From positions 1-64,000 of IMG/VR virus record IMGVR_UViG_3300008110_000181: DNA of 64,000 nt, one strand, 5' to 3'. Of the stretch, positions 1 through 9,279 are shown piece by piece. Made by a program: the position numbers and the translations under genes. How positions within the stretch are numbered: the first letter of the stretch is position 1; each line of letters begins with the position of its first letter. The notes under the pieces were generated by a model. The model was not told the origin of the DNA and ran no database searches. It saw only the letters and a list, made by a program, of their open reading frames with translations. The DNA is from a virus.

Positions 1-1326
1 CACCTGCTGATTTATGAACGGAAGATACTTCTTAATGATCTTCGTTTTTACACCATCGTCCTTGAGTAAGGAGTAGGCAAAATCGTAATAAACGATTTCT
101 TCTTTTTTCTTTGAGAGGTCTTCGAATGTTTTTTGGAGATTGGTTTGAAATTCTTCTAGCTTCTCATGCTCAGTATTTCGGTTTGCAAGGTTTTGGGTAA
201 TAGTTTGAATTTCAGATTCAAGTTCTCGTATTTGTCTCTGGTTGAGGTTAATCCGAGTATTGTTTTGAGAAATCTCATGGTTGAGTTTCGTAATCTCCTT
301 GGAAAGTGCAATGAATTGACGCTCTCTCTCCTGTTCTATTTTTATAGTCTCCTCTAGATCTTGATAACCTTTCTGGAGTTCCTTTGCTTTATTTTGAGCG
401 TCTGTAATTCTATTTAACCGAAATGATTCTTCAATAGTCTGAGTACAGGTAGGGCATACCGTATTTTCGGTAAAAAACTTATGCTCTTTGGTAATTCCAG
501 ATACTTTTTGCGATATTTTACCCTTGAGATTGTTTAGTTTTACTAACTTGTCTCCAGCACCAACAACCTCTTCTTGTTCCTTCATGAACTTAAAAATAGA
601 CTCTTCAGTTGTAGCAATCTCACCCATATAAATGCCAACTTCAGAATCTAACTTGGCAATCTTTTCTTGGTTGGCATTAATATTGGCATTACCACGATTC
701 TCAAGTTCATTGATAAACTCTTGCTGCATCTTCATCTTGTCCTTAAGAGTTTCCTTCTTAAGTTCAAGAGACTTGACTTGATCCTTCTTCTCACGGATCT
801 TATCCTTAATCAGAGCATTCATCGCAGAGAAGATGCGAATATCCAAAAGATCTTCAATCACTTCACGACGGTGTGCAGTCGCAAGTTGCATAAAAGGCAC
901 AAAAGTACTGCTACCCAGAATCACAATCTGAGTAAAAGACTTGTAATTAACCTTGAGAATATTTTCTTCTAGAATCCGTTGATTTGCACGATCATCTGCT
1001 TCTTTGTGTAGTGGATTACCATTTACTTCAATATCAAAAATATTTGGTTTGATACCACGACGGACCAAATAATCCCGACTATTGACAGTGAACTCAATTT
1101 CAACCAAACAATCTTTCTCATTGGTAGTGTTCACCAATTGAGGTTTGTTGATTTTACGAAATGGTTTATTGAATAATACAAATGTAAGAGCATCAAGAAC
1201 GGTAGACTTACCAGCACCATTAGTTCCAATGATTAAGTTTGTATGATTTTTTTCAAAGTCAATCTCTGTAAATTGATTACCAGACGAGAGAAAATTTTTG
1301 TATCTAATCTTGTGGAATACTAGCAT
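1..1326 (-). CDS. gp46: Recombination endonuclease ATPase subunit (gp46, Rad50/SbcC-like); 3' end runs off the window
   Basis: Hand translation from ATG at 1326: MLVFHKIRYKNFLSSGNQFTEIDF...GTNGAGKST (Walker A), coiled coil, CPTC zinc hook; downstream of gp47. Confidence 0.95.
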   Translation of the reverse strand, partial: MLVFHKIRYKNFLSSGNQFTEIDFEKNHTNLIIGTNGAGKSTVLDALTFVLFNKPFRKINKPQLVNTTNEKDCLVEIEFTVNSRDYLVRRGIKPNIFDIEVNGNPLHKEADDRANQRILEENILKVNYKSFTQIVILGSSTFVPFMQLATAHRREVIEDLLDIRIFSAMNALIKDKIREKKDQVKSLELKKETLKDKMKMQQEFINELENRGNANINANQEKIAKLDSEVGIYMGEIATTEESIFKFMKEQEEVVGAGDKLVKLNNLKGKISQKVSGITKEHKFFTENTVCPTCTQTIEESFRLNRITDAQNKAKELQKGYQDLEETIKIEQERERQFIALSKEITKLNHEISQNNTRINLNQRQIRELESEIQTITQNLANRNTEHEKLEEFQTNLQKTFEDLSKKKEEIVYYDFAYSLLKDDGVKTKIIKKYLPFINQQV

Positions 1327-1579
1327 CTTTTGGGGGAATAACGATATCGTCAGGAGTGATCACAGCATACTTGTAATTATACATCTTGCAAGTCTTTATG
1401 GCAAGTTCATCATCAACTTCAACCACATCCATTTCAGTTTCTTCTTGATCTTCTAACTGTAGAGCATATCTTACTGCATCATCCTCATCCTCAAACAGAA
1501 ATAAGACCTTTTGACCATATTGGTCCTGAACTGCATAGGCACCGTCGTCTTTTCTGTCTTTGAGTGTAAGGAGAAACAT
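1304..1579 (-). CDS. Conserved cyanophage hypothetical protein between gp47 and gp46
   Basis: 91-aa acidic ORF tightly packed in the operon. Confidence 0.75.
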   Translation of the reverse strand: MFLLTLKDRKDDGAYAVQDQYGQKVLFLFEDEDDAVRYALQLEDQEETEMDVVEVDDELAIKTCKMYNYKYAVITPDDIVIPPKDASIPQD

Positions 1580-2477
1580 TTACTCTACCTCGCAAGCTTG
1601 TCGATAAAGATCCTGAAAAATACCTTTGATGATGTTCTTATCAAATTCAAATTCTGCTTCTTCAATATAACGATTCAAAATTGACATTGTATTTTCCTCT
1701 TCATCAATTTCAAAGTCTTCATTTTCTTGAATATCAAAGTTCTCAACGATTTTGAGATCTTGAATACCCACCGTATAAAGTTTGTCAATAAACTTCTCAA
1801 AATCTTTAGGTTTTGATTTCTTACGAACAATCACCTTAACAATCTTATTCTCATACTCAGTAGCATCAAATAATTGATAAGGAGTATCTTCGTAATAAAG
1901 GTTATAGAATAATTTATAAGGATTGTTGATTGGAGTATGTGTCAGGGTTTCCGTATCAAAAATATGAAATCCACGAGTATCATTTACATCTGTCCAATAC
2001 ATTTCATAAGGATTCTAGGTGTCCCATTGCAACTTTTGCTTTGGTTTTTTTGATTTGGTTTAAAGTTTGTTCCTGATTTTCTGGGTTGATCCAGGGCAAA
2101 ACCATGATTTTGAGACCACCAACAGTTATCTCTGTTGCTTCACTATAAGTCTTGACATTTGGGTAAGTTTGAAGTAACAGACCTGGAGAATTGACACTGT
2201 TGGTTGATTTGTAGTATGTGTCGTGATTTCCGATAATCATATGAACATCATACTTTTTCAAATTGTCAAACACAACTCTCTTTGACCATTCAAGACTTTG
2301 GTAATCAATTGACTTGCGACTATCAAAAGCATCACCCATATGAATGACTGCCTCTACCCCGTGTTCTTCAAGGGCAGGAAAAAATACATTCTTATAGAAA
2401 AGTTCAAAGTAATCGTGAAGATACTTTGATCCTTTTTTCGCACCGTAGTGACTGTCAGTTATAATTGCAACCTTCAT
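1580..2477 (-). pseudogene. gp47: Recombination endonuclease nuclease subunit (gp47, Mre11/SbcD-like), split by an internal deletion and frameshift near 2014
   Basis: 2004..2477 has metallophosphoesterase motifs DSHYG, GDAFD, GNHD and GH, then stops. NPYEMYWTD continues in another frame (1580..2014). The intervening GHYH segment is absent. Confidence 0.85.
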
Positions 2478-2947
2478 CGGTTCCTGTATTGAATGGCGTC
2501 TTTGATACTATTATAGTCCGAACTACTGCCAGAAAGCAAGCTATCGTCAACAACCATAACTTCATCAAATCCAGTCCGTTCAATGATCTTGGTTTTAATA
2601 TCCAGTTGTTTCTTTTCTTTTTGAATACGTCTAAGAAATGCATAATGAATAATCTGAGTAAAGTATGCAAAGGGATTCTTGGACTTCTCTGGATCAAAAT
2701 TATGAATGTACTGAACGCAATTTTCAATTCCATCAGAAATCATATCCTCACGGAACATATAATTCACAAAATTTGGTTTATATGATAAATGAGTCGCAAT
2801 CTTCAGAAAACACTCACCCAAGTAGTTTGTAATACGGGGTTTCGGTAAACCTGCTTCTTTTGCAGCAGCAACCTTTGTCCGATAAACAATCAGTGCTTCT
2901 AATAATTCCTTATTATTTACATAATGTTCTGTTTTCTTCTTGGGCAT
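2474..2947 (-). CDS. gp55: Late-transcription sigma factor
   Basis: HYVNNKELL...NFVNYMFREDMISDGIENC...NPFAYFTQIIHYAFLRRIQKEK signature. Confidence 0.95.
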   Translation of the reverse strand: MPKKKTEHYVNNKELLEALIVYRTKVAAAKEAGLPKPRITNYLGECFLKIATHLSYKPNFVNYMFREDMISDGIENCVQYIHNFDPEKSKNPFAYFTQIIHYAFLRRIQKEKKQLDIKTKIIERTGFDEVMVVDDSLLSGSSSDYNSIKDAIQYRNR

Positions 2948-2978
2948 AGCATTGGACTCATTATTATAACTTTTGTTT

Positions 2979-3030
2979 ATTATAACACATTTTTCAAGGG
3001 CTTGACAAGATACAAAAACATGTGTAGACT
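2979..3030. promoter_or_regulatory. Divergent sigma70-type promoters sharing the quasi-palindrome CTTGACAAG
   Basis: Minus strand: TTGTCA(3008-3003)-18 bp-TATAAT(2984-2979), upstream of gp55. Plus strand: TTGACA(3002-3007)-17 bp-TAGACT(3025-3030). Confidence 0.6.
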
Positions 3031-3057
3031 ACCTTTGTCTGGGTTGAAGATGGGAGT

Positions 3058-3465
3058 CTAGCTTTCTTTAATACCTTTAAAGATTCTTTCAAGTTTCTTG
3101 CGAGCATCTTCCACTGAAGACAAATATCCCATCTTCGAAGATAATTTTACTTTACCTGATGGATTGTAAACATCAATTGAATCATCATCTTCGATATAAT
3201 TATTGTAAATATTGATTAATCTTTTATCTTTAGTTTCAGTCATTGTAATAATTTTATCTAGTTTAACAATAAAGAAATCATCATTTGCCATTTCCATCCA
3301 TGGTTTTACTTTAATGTGAGCTCCATGTTGATTATGAAATGCTTTCATCGTAACTGGATTTTGAAGAACTACAACAGGATCTCCATCATTTTCATCTATC
3401 AGAACTAATGATAGAATTTCTTCACCTGATACTAGTTTAATAATTGCGTAAAACTCGTCTCCCAT
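3058..3465 (-). CDS. Conserved T4-like hypothetical protein (Sm-like fold)
   Basis: IIKLVSGEEI N-terminus typical of the gene between uvsW and gp55. Confidence 0.75.
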   Translation of the reverse strand: MGDEFYAIIKLVSGEEILSLVLIDENDGDPVVVLQNPVTMKAFHNQHGAHIKVKPWMEMANDDFFIVKLDKIITMTETKDKRLINIYNNYIEDDDSIDVYNPSGKVKLSSKMGYLSSVEDARKKLERIFKGIKES

Positions 3466-4712
3466 TAGTTCTTTAGTGGTATGTTTACAATATCATAATT
3501 AAAGTTTTCTTCGTTATAAACTTTGATTCTTTCGATTAAGTGATTGAGAGTATAATTTTTTCTTGACTTATAACTGATATCATCGGCAATGTCATATAGA
3601 GTTGCTTTGGTTTTATTATCGCCTTTTCTGAGAACTCTACCGATTGACTGAAGATTTCTGATTCTTGATTTAGATGGTGAAGCAAAGATTACATTATGTA
3701 GATTCTTGATATTAATACCAGTAGAAAAAGTTCCGTATGATGCAACGATGATTGCGTTGTTTTCTTTTTCAGTAATTTCTCTAACCTTTTCTCGATCTTC
3801 TGTATCTACACCACCATGCACAAAGAACACATGGCGTTGTTCAACTGTACCATTATTTATGAGTTCGTATAAAGGTTGTCCGTGACCTTCAACTCTGGAA
3901 AAAAGAATGAGAGTATTACCTTTAAGATCAAGAGCAAGATTACGAATAAACTTGTTGCGTTTCTCGTGATTGATAATATACTGAACCTCATCCTCAAAAG
4001 TCTCAAATTTATTCGGTGGGTGTTTCAATAGAAGTATATTGATATCCAATTTAGCAACGTGACCCTTCTGCATCAGTTCTTCTGTTCTGATGATTTTATA
4101 TGAAGGACCAAATAAACCTTCTAGAACCCACTTGTGTGTTTGTGTTCCGTCTAGAGTTCCTGTAAAACCGTAACGAAATTTAGCATCAGAAAGTTTTGTC
4201 ATTATAGATACTAATGACTTTGATTTAAACTGGTGTGCTTCATCTCCAACGACCACATTAAATCTTGAGAAATATTGTCGGGGAAGTTTGTAGATGGTTG
4301 GAGATATCAACAACTTTCGATTGTGTCTTAAAGCGTCGTATACTCCCTCAACTTGGTACTCACGGGGAGCATACTTGCAAATAGAAGTCATATAATCTTT
4401 GACTCCTTCTTTTGAGATATGCTCATTTACCTCAAAAGGAAGACCATAGAACTTATTGTTCGTGAACTCATAAGTGTACTCATGATTTTCACAAAAACGG
4501 GTAAGTTTATCTAATAGACCTACATAGATCTCACCTGTTTGTGTGTTGAATAAACGAATTTTTCCATCCCAGTGCCTATTGCGGAACTGTGGCATGAATT
4601 TTGCTCCTGGCACGTCAAATGTGAACTGATCTGCAAGTTCGTAATAGACGTGCGGTTCTGCTTTTACTTGAAGATATACCTCGTTCTTTTTTGAAATGAT
4701 CAAATGAGACAT
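3465..4712 (-). CDS. uvsW: RNA-DNA/DNA-DNA helicase UvsW with an in-frame deletion removing Walker A
   Basis: WDGKIRLF, DEAH and QSIGRVLR motifs present; LISPT joins directly to IYKLP with no ASGKS. Confidence 0.9.
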   Translation of the reverse strand: MSHLIISKKNEVYLQVKAEPHVYYELADQFTFDVPGAKFMPQFRNRHWDGKIRLFNTQTGEIYVGLLDKLTRFCENHEYTYEFTNNKFYGLPFEVNEHISKEGVKDYMTSICKYAPREYQVEGVYDALRHNRKLLISPTIYKLPRQYFSRFNVVVGDEAHQFKSKSLVSIMTKLSDAKFRYGFTGTLDGTQTHKWVLEGLFGPSYKIIRTEELMQKGHVAKLDINILLLKHPPNKFETFEDEVQYIINHEKRNKFIRNLALDLKGNTLILFSRVEGHGQPLYELINNGTVEQRHVFFVHGGVDTEDREKVREITEKENNAIIVASYGTFSTGINIKNLHNVIFASPSKSRIRNLQSIGRVLRKGDNKTKATLYDIADDISYKSRKNYTLNHLIERIKVYNEENFNYDIVNIPLKN

Positions 4713-4746
4713 ATACTCATAATATTACTTATGAGTATTTATTGAC

Positions 4747-5178
4747 TCAATTGAAACCTGCTTGGAACCTATGCCACTCAATTGCGTTTTTAATTTGAAA
4801 AGTTCGATTCGCAACTGTTTTTATAACTTCTTCAAGAAACTTGAGCATAATATCATAATATCTAATTTTGAGATCAATTTTATTTAACCTCTCATCGGCA
4901 TCCAGATGCCTCTGTAATGCCTCTTTGTCTCTAACCTTATATGGGAAAGGTTCCTCCTCATACACCTCTATTGGTGCCTTTCCCGTATAGTAATTATACC
5001 TTTCAAGTCTAACCTTACTATAAGTTTCTCTTGCTTTCTCACGTAGCAAAGTAATTGTATTATAGATGGTATAATACTTTGCATGGAGTTGAGGAATTTT
5101 TAAAGATTCATCATGTAAATTATCAGGGTCAATAACAGAATCTCTCTGCCACATCTCCTGGATTTCATCAAGATTCAT
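4747..5178 (-). CDS. uvsY: Recombination mediator UvsY
   Basis: NRTFQIKNAIEWHRFQAG C-terminus; synteny. Confidence 0.92.
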   Translation of the reverse strand: MNLDEIQEMWQRDSVIDPDNLHDESLKIPQLHAKYYTIYNTITLLREKARETYSKVRLERYNYYTGKAPIEVYEEEPFPYKVRDKEALQRHLDADERLNKIDLKIRYYDIMLKFLEEVIKTVANRTFQIKNAIEWHRFQAGFN

Positions 5179-5714
5179 AAAGGTTTGCCGTTTTTGCCCA
5201 GGATATTATAGACAGTATACTTGAAAGTGACCTCTGCTGTAAAGTAGTTTACATCAGTGTCTTGTGCTTCAAATTCTAATGAGGTTAAATAAGTTGGAAA
5301 AAGATCTTTAAACCTCACCACCGCAGTAGTATTATAGTTACTATTTAAAATATGTAAACTTCCATCACTAAAGGATTCTAGTATATCTGATATACCATCT
5401 TCATTTGTTGTAAAATCTTTAAATTGTTGTGTTGTTTCTGGGAATCCCAATCCAGTCAACCAATTGTGAATTGCCATGTAATTCTTAAGATCTTCATCAA
5501 CTAAAAATCTTAAGTTTAAATCACCATAGATTAGTTTATCACCAGGTACATCAATATCCTTGAGATATGATGGTTGAATTGTTGTACCTAAAGATATTTC
5601 TGGTATTCTAGCAGAATTACAGAAAAAAGAAACTTTTTGGTTTTTTGCTAAAGTAAATTTAAAACCAATTGGTGACAAAAAATTTCTATTCTGTATTTGG
5701 TTCTCAAAGGCCAT
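5175..5714 (-). CDS. gp3: Tail completion / tail tube terminator
   Basis: NFLSPIGFKF...FLVDEDLKNY; between gp23 and uvsY. Confidence 0.88.
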   Translation of the reverse strand: MAFENQIQNRNFLSPIGFKFTLAKNQKVSFFCNSARIPEISLGTTIQPSYLKDIDVPGDKLIYGDLNLRFLVDEDLKNYMAIHNWLTGLGFPETTQQFKDFTTNEDGISDILESFSDGSLHILNSNYNTTAVVRFKDLFPTYLTSLEFEAQDTDVNYFTAEVTFKYTVYNILGKNGKPL

Positions 5715-5732
5715 TTTTATTTTTATTTAGAT

Positions 5733-5758
5733 AAAAAAAGAGGGTCCGCAGACCCTCT
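5733..5758 (-). terminator. Rho-independent terminator after gp23
   Basis: AGAGGGTC-TGCG-GACCCTCT hairpin followed by a T run on the minus strand. Confidence 0.85.
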
Positions 5759-5778
5759 GATAGATATGTGAATCGAGA

Positions 5779-7170
5779 TCACATGAGGTTGGTAACACGT
5801 ACTCTTCTGTAGTAACGGTTTGCGTTAGCAGTAAGAGCACTTGTACCAGCAGCAGTACCAGAAGCAAGAGCACCGTTATTAGCAAATGGGTTAGCAACAA
5901 TGCCATAACGGGTCTTGAATCCGATCTTAGGCTGGAAGCTCGTCTCACCAACTGCACGTACCATCTGAAGAGGTACATATGGGCAATAGAAGAGACCAGC
6001 ATCATAAGGGGAAGAACCCTTATAACCTACAACGTAGTACTGAGCACCAGATCCAGCAGAACCAACGTTTGCCGAATATGGGTCAATATATACACGATAC
6101 TTACCTTGGAGAACACCAGCAAAGGTATTGCCAGTATCGTCTACGTTCAGGTTAGCATTGAGTGCAGGGGTGTAGTCGAGAACACCAGCCATGGTCAGTG
6201 CTGAAGCAACGTCAGCAGAGCACATGATGATGTTGCCCTTCCCTCTACGAGTTCTTTGTGCAATTGCGTTTGCATCACGCTCGATTTGGAAGATCAGACC
6301 CTTGAACTTTTCAACAGACCAACGACCGTTGGAGTCAACGTCAAGGTCAAAAGTACCTGCGGTAGCAACGTTTGACTGAGCACCTGCTTCAGCAACGTTG
6401 TAGATGGTACGAATGACTTCACGGTTGATTTCTGCAAGAATTTCAGTTGACAGAATGTTTGCCAACTCAGCTTCTGCATTCAGACCGTGAATTGCCTTGA
6501 GGTCCTGAGCAAGCTCAAGTGAGTACTCAGCCTTGAGGGCTCTTGAACGTGCGGTAACGGTGACCTTCTCGATTGAGAATGCCATCTCGTTGAACGAACC
6601 AGAGTCTCCGCCAAGGTTCTCTGAGTCACCGGTGTGCATACCAGTGTTTACATTATAGGTGCCTGAGTCATTCAGAACTGCAGGGTTATCACCAGTTTGT
6701 GCTGCAGTGGTGCCGATACCAGTTGCGGTAAGTGAACCAGCAGCATTCTGACCAGAGAATCTGGTATTTACTTCATTGAAGAATGCTTCATCACCAGTCT
6801 GGCTGGTGTAACGTGAACGCATTGCGAAGATGAGTCCAGTAGGACCGTTCATTGGTTGAACACCTGCGAGGTCATATGCGACCAGGTTAGGCATTGAACG
6901 TCTGATCAGTGAGATCAGAACTGGGTCGAAACCTGCAACAGGAGCATTAGCAAGACCACCATATGCACCCGAGTTTGCTACAGCATTACCCGAGTTGGTG
7001 ATTGGGGTTTCGGAAAGAAACTCACGCTCTTCACGAAGTGTTTTTTCTTGGTTCTCCAGGAGAACTGCGGTCACCATTCTGCGATGTGCATCTTTGATTT
7101 CTCCAAGACCATTATGGTCTAGGAGTGGTGCCCACTTCTCCTGCAGTTGTTCTGCATTGAACATTTGCAT
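5779..7170 (-). CDS. gp23: Major capsid protein
   Basis: GVQPMNGPTGLIFAMR, RALKAEYSLELAQDLKAIHG, FQPKIGFKTRYG. Confidence 0.98.
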   Translation of the reverse strand: MQMFNAEQLQEKWAPLLDHNGLGEIKDAHRRMVTAVLLENQEKTLREEREFLSETPITNSGNAVANSGAYGGLANAPVAGFDPVLISLIRRSMPNLVAYDLAGVQPMNGPTGLIFAMRSRYTSQTGDEAFFNEVNTRFSGQNAAGSLTATGIGTTAAQTGDNPAVLNDSGTYNVNTGMHTGDSENLGGDSGSFNEMAFSIEKVTVTARSRALKAEYSLELAQDLKAIHGLNAEAELANILSTEILAEINREVIRTIYNVAEAGAQSNVATAGTFDLDVDSNGRWSVEKFKGLIFQIERDANAIAQRTRRGKGNIIMCSADVASALTMAGVLDYTPALNANLNVDDTGNTFAGVLQGKYRVYIDPYSANVGSAGSGAQYYVVGYKGSSPYDAGLFYCPYVPLQMVRAVGETSFQPKIGFKTRYGIVANPFANNGALASGTAAGTSALTANANRYYRRVRVTNLM

Positions 7171-7216
7171 TTGAATTTACCTCTTTAGGAAAGTTAGTTT
7201 GACTATGATCTATAAA

Positions 7217-8119
7217 TCACTTTTTAGAAACTCTATTCAGAGTCTGAAGATATGATTCCATCAAACCAGAAACTGGTTGATGTGAACCTTCAATACCTTC
7301 GGAGATTGTTTCTGAATTGTTTCTCTGAGTACCAGCATTAGATGGGAAGTATGATTCCCTCAGGGTTACTAGTTTCTCACGATAGTTCTCTTCACTATCA
7401 AACTCAACATTTTCGGCAAGAGAAGCGAGTTTGTCCTTCTGAGAAAGTGCAAGACCCTCAGTGACATCTGCAAAGATTACATCAGCAACCGACTCTGCTA
7501 ATCTTCTATTTAGAGCAACGTTTCTTTGAATTTGCTCGTTGAGTTTTTCTTCCATTTCATCAAGTTTATCTACCATGCTCTCGATTACATCATATCTATC
7601 TTCAGGGATTGTTACATAATGATCTTCAAAAAGATTGATAGCAGCTTCAAAAATGGTACGTGCCTTCTCTTGGAATTCCTCAGAAAGCTCTTCACCTGCA
7701 AGGAGAGCATTGACATCTTCTTCGATATCAAACTCTTCTTCAACTTCTTCCTCTTCCTCTTCTACTTCCTCTTCAGAAGAAACTTCGGCAACTTCCTCAT
7801 CTTCTTCTGCTTCTACTTCTGCATCAACAAGTTCTTCTTCCTCTTCGGTCTCTTCTTTGACACCGGCAGGCATTGGATCTGCTGCTTTAGCACCCTTGTT
7901 GACAATATTCTTAACCTGAGAAAGAGTTGCACCAGGCGTTTTTAACTTTGCCGAATCATCATCGGACTTATAGTTTTCTGGGGTAGGACCACCAAGATCT
8001 TCCCAAGAACCTGATTGGCCATCAGGAATACCTGTGGTCAATTTAGGCATTGGATCTGCAGGCTTGGCTCCTTTGGTTACTACGTTTTCCATTTCTTGTA
8101 AATTGCTACCAACGGACAT
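7217..8119 (-). CDS. gp22: Prohead core scaffold protein with an apparent in-frame internal deletion
   Basis: Acidic coiled coil; ELSEEFQEKARTIFEAAI is joined directly to LFEDHYVTIPEDRY. Confidence 0.9.
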   Translation of the reverse strand: MSVGSNLQEMENVVTKGAKPADPMPKLTTGIPDGQSGSWEDLGGPTPENYKSDDDSAKLKTPGATLSQVKNIVNKGAKAADPMPAGVKEETEEEEELVDAEVEAEEDEEVAEVSSEEEVEEEEEEVEEEFDIEEDVNALLAGEELSEEFQEKARTIFEAAINLFEDHYVTIPEDRYDVIESMVDKLDEMEEKLNEQIQRNVALNRRLAESVADVIFADVTEGLALSQKDKLASLAENVEFDSEENYREKLVTLRESYFPSNAGTQRNNSETISEGIEGSHQPVSGLMESYLQTLNRVSKK

Positions 8120-8150
8120 TTGTTTAGATATTTTTGTATTAATCTATATT

Positions 8151-8158
8151 TATTTATA
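8151..8158 (-). promoter_or_regulatory. T4-type late promoter TATAAATA upstream of gp22
   Basis: Exact TATAAATA. Exact copies also at 9277-9284, 32579-32586 and 48027-48034; (A/C)TAAATA variants at 4736, 13810, 18621, 23153 and 58657. Confidence 0.8.
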
Positions 8159-8160
8159 AA

Positions 8161-8811
8161 TTATAGATTTGAAAGAAATTCGTTGAATAAATTCAACTTA
8201 TGTTCTTCAAGTCTTTTTTGGTCAACAAGGGTGTTAATTCTTCTTTGAGTCTGCTCGGCAAGTCTTTCACGAAGAATGCCACCTTCCCAAACCCACTCTT
8301 TTCCTTCCATAATGCCTTGAACAAAAGCATCAGGTGCAGAAGGATCGGCAACGATATCTGCAGCAGTCGCTAACATAAAATCTTCACCAACAATTTTATG
8401 ACCTTCATTGGTCATTTTTAATGAACCAACACCACGAGAAGAAACACCAAGACAAACTCCTTCACCAATTAGAGATTTTGCAATCTTACCCATTGGTGTT
8501 TCGAGGAGTTGTGCCTTACCTCTAAAATTAGAACCTTCTTGAGTAAGTGAAACAATTTTATGAGAAACACGATCTAAATTTACTGTAGGACCATCGGGAT
8601 GTCCAAGTTCACCAAGAGCACGACCTTTTTGAATAAAGGTTTCATCGTATCTCTTTACTTCTCTTGAAAGAGTCTCCATTGGGTACATTCTGCCATTTCT
8701 ATTAGTAATGTTTCCTTGTAAGAAAACACCTTCGATATACATTTTTTTGGCAGAACCCTTACCTTCTACAATAAATTCTACTTTTTGAATTTCTTCTGTA
8801 ATGAGTTTCAT
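8161..8811 (-). CDS. gp21: Prohead core protease
   Basis: ALGELGHP, GVSSRGVGSL, DIVADPSAPDA. Confidence 0.97.
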   Translation of the reverse strand: MKLITEEIQKVEFIVEGKGSAKKMYIEGVFLQGNITNRNGRMYPMETLSREVKRYDETFIQKGRALGELGHPDGPTVNLDRVSHKIVSLTQEGSNFRGKAQLLETPMGKIAKSLIGEGVCLGVSSRGVGSLKMTNEGHKIVGEDFMLATAADIVADPSAPDAFVQGIMEGKEWVWEGGILRERLAEQTQRRINTLVDQKRLEEHKLNLFNEFLSNL

Positions 8812-8816
8812 TTTTA

Positions 8817-9083
8817 TTAATTGGTAAAACCTACTTTTGCTGCTTTAATTGCTGGAGTTGTATAGATTACATCAGTTGGTAATTTTGTTAAAAATTCAAC
8901 TGAGTTTGCAGGCATACTAAAGAATATAGTTGATCCAGCACCTACTACTGTCGAAATACCAACAGTTGCGATACCACCACTATTATTATGCAATCTTACG
9001 CAAGTAGCTTGACTGATACTTGACGCAGCACCTGCTGTAGTTGGAGTTGCAACTTCTGTTGCAACCATCTTAGTTATTGGCAT
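8817..9083 (-). CDS. Small conserved hypothetical protein in the head cluster
   Basis: 88-aa ORF between gp20 and gp21. Confidence 0.7.
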   Translation of the reverse strand: MPITKMVATEVATPTTAGAASSISQATCVRLHNNSGGIATVGISTVVGAGSTIFFSMPANSVEFLTKLPTDVIYTTPAIKAAKVGFTN

Positions 9084-9250
9084 TACTCTTCCTCTGGTTC
9101 TGTCTCAGTTTGATCAAACATTGATGAAGCAACCACTGGTCTCAGAGAATCAATTTTCTCAGATGCTTTAGCAAACAATGCATTTTTAATTTCATCACTA
9201 ATCTTGGATGCTGCAGCGTCAGTGCTAATCAAATTTACAATTTCTTCCAT
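9083..9250 (-). CDS. Small prohead-core-like protein (55 aa; not in the ORF track)
   Basis: Hand translation MEEIVNLISTDAAASKISDEIKNALFAKASEKIDSLRP...EPEEE; late promoter at 9277. Confidence 0.7.
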   Translation of the reverse strand: MEEIVNLISTDAAASKISDEIKNALFAKASEKIDSLRPVVASSMFDQTETEPEEE

Positions 9251-9279
9251 AAAAACTTTAATACTATGTATAAATCTAT

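Noticed and set aside
1995-2025. Programmed frameshift or intron to explain split gp47 (and the 16-kb gene)
   Set aside because: Sequence is missing rather than inserted, there is no slippery site, and recoding would not restore the lost catalytic motif.
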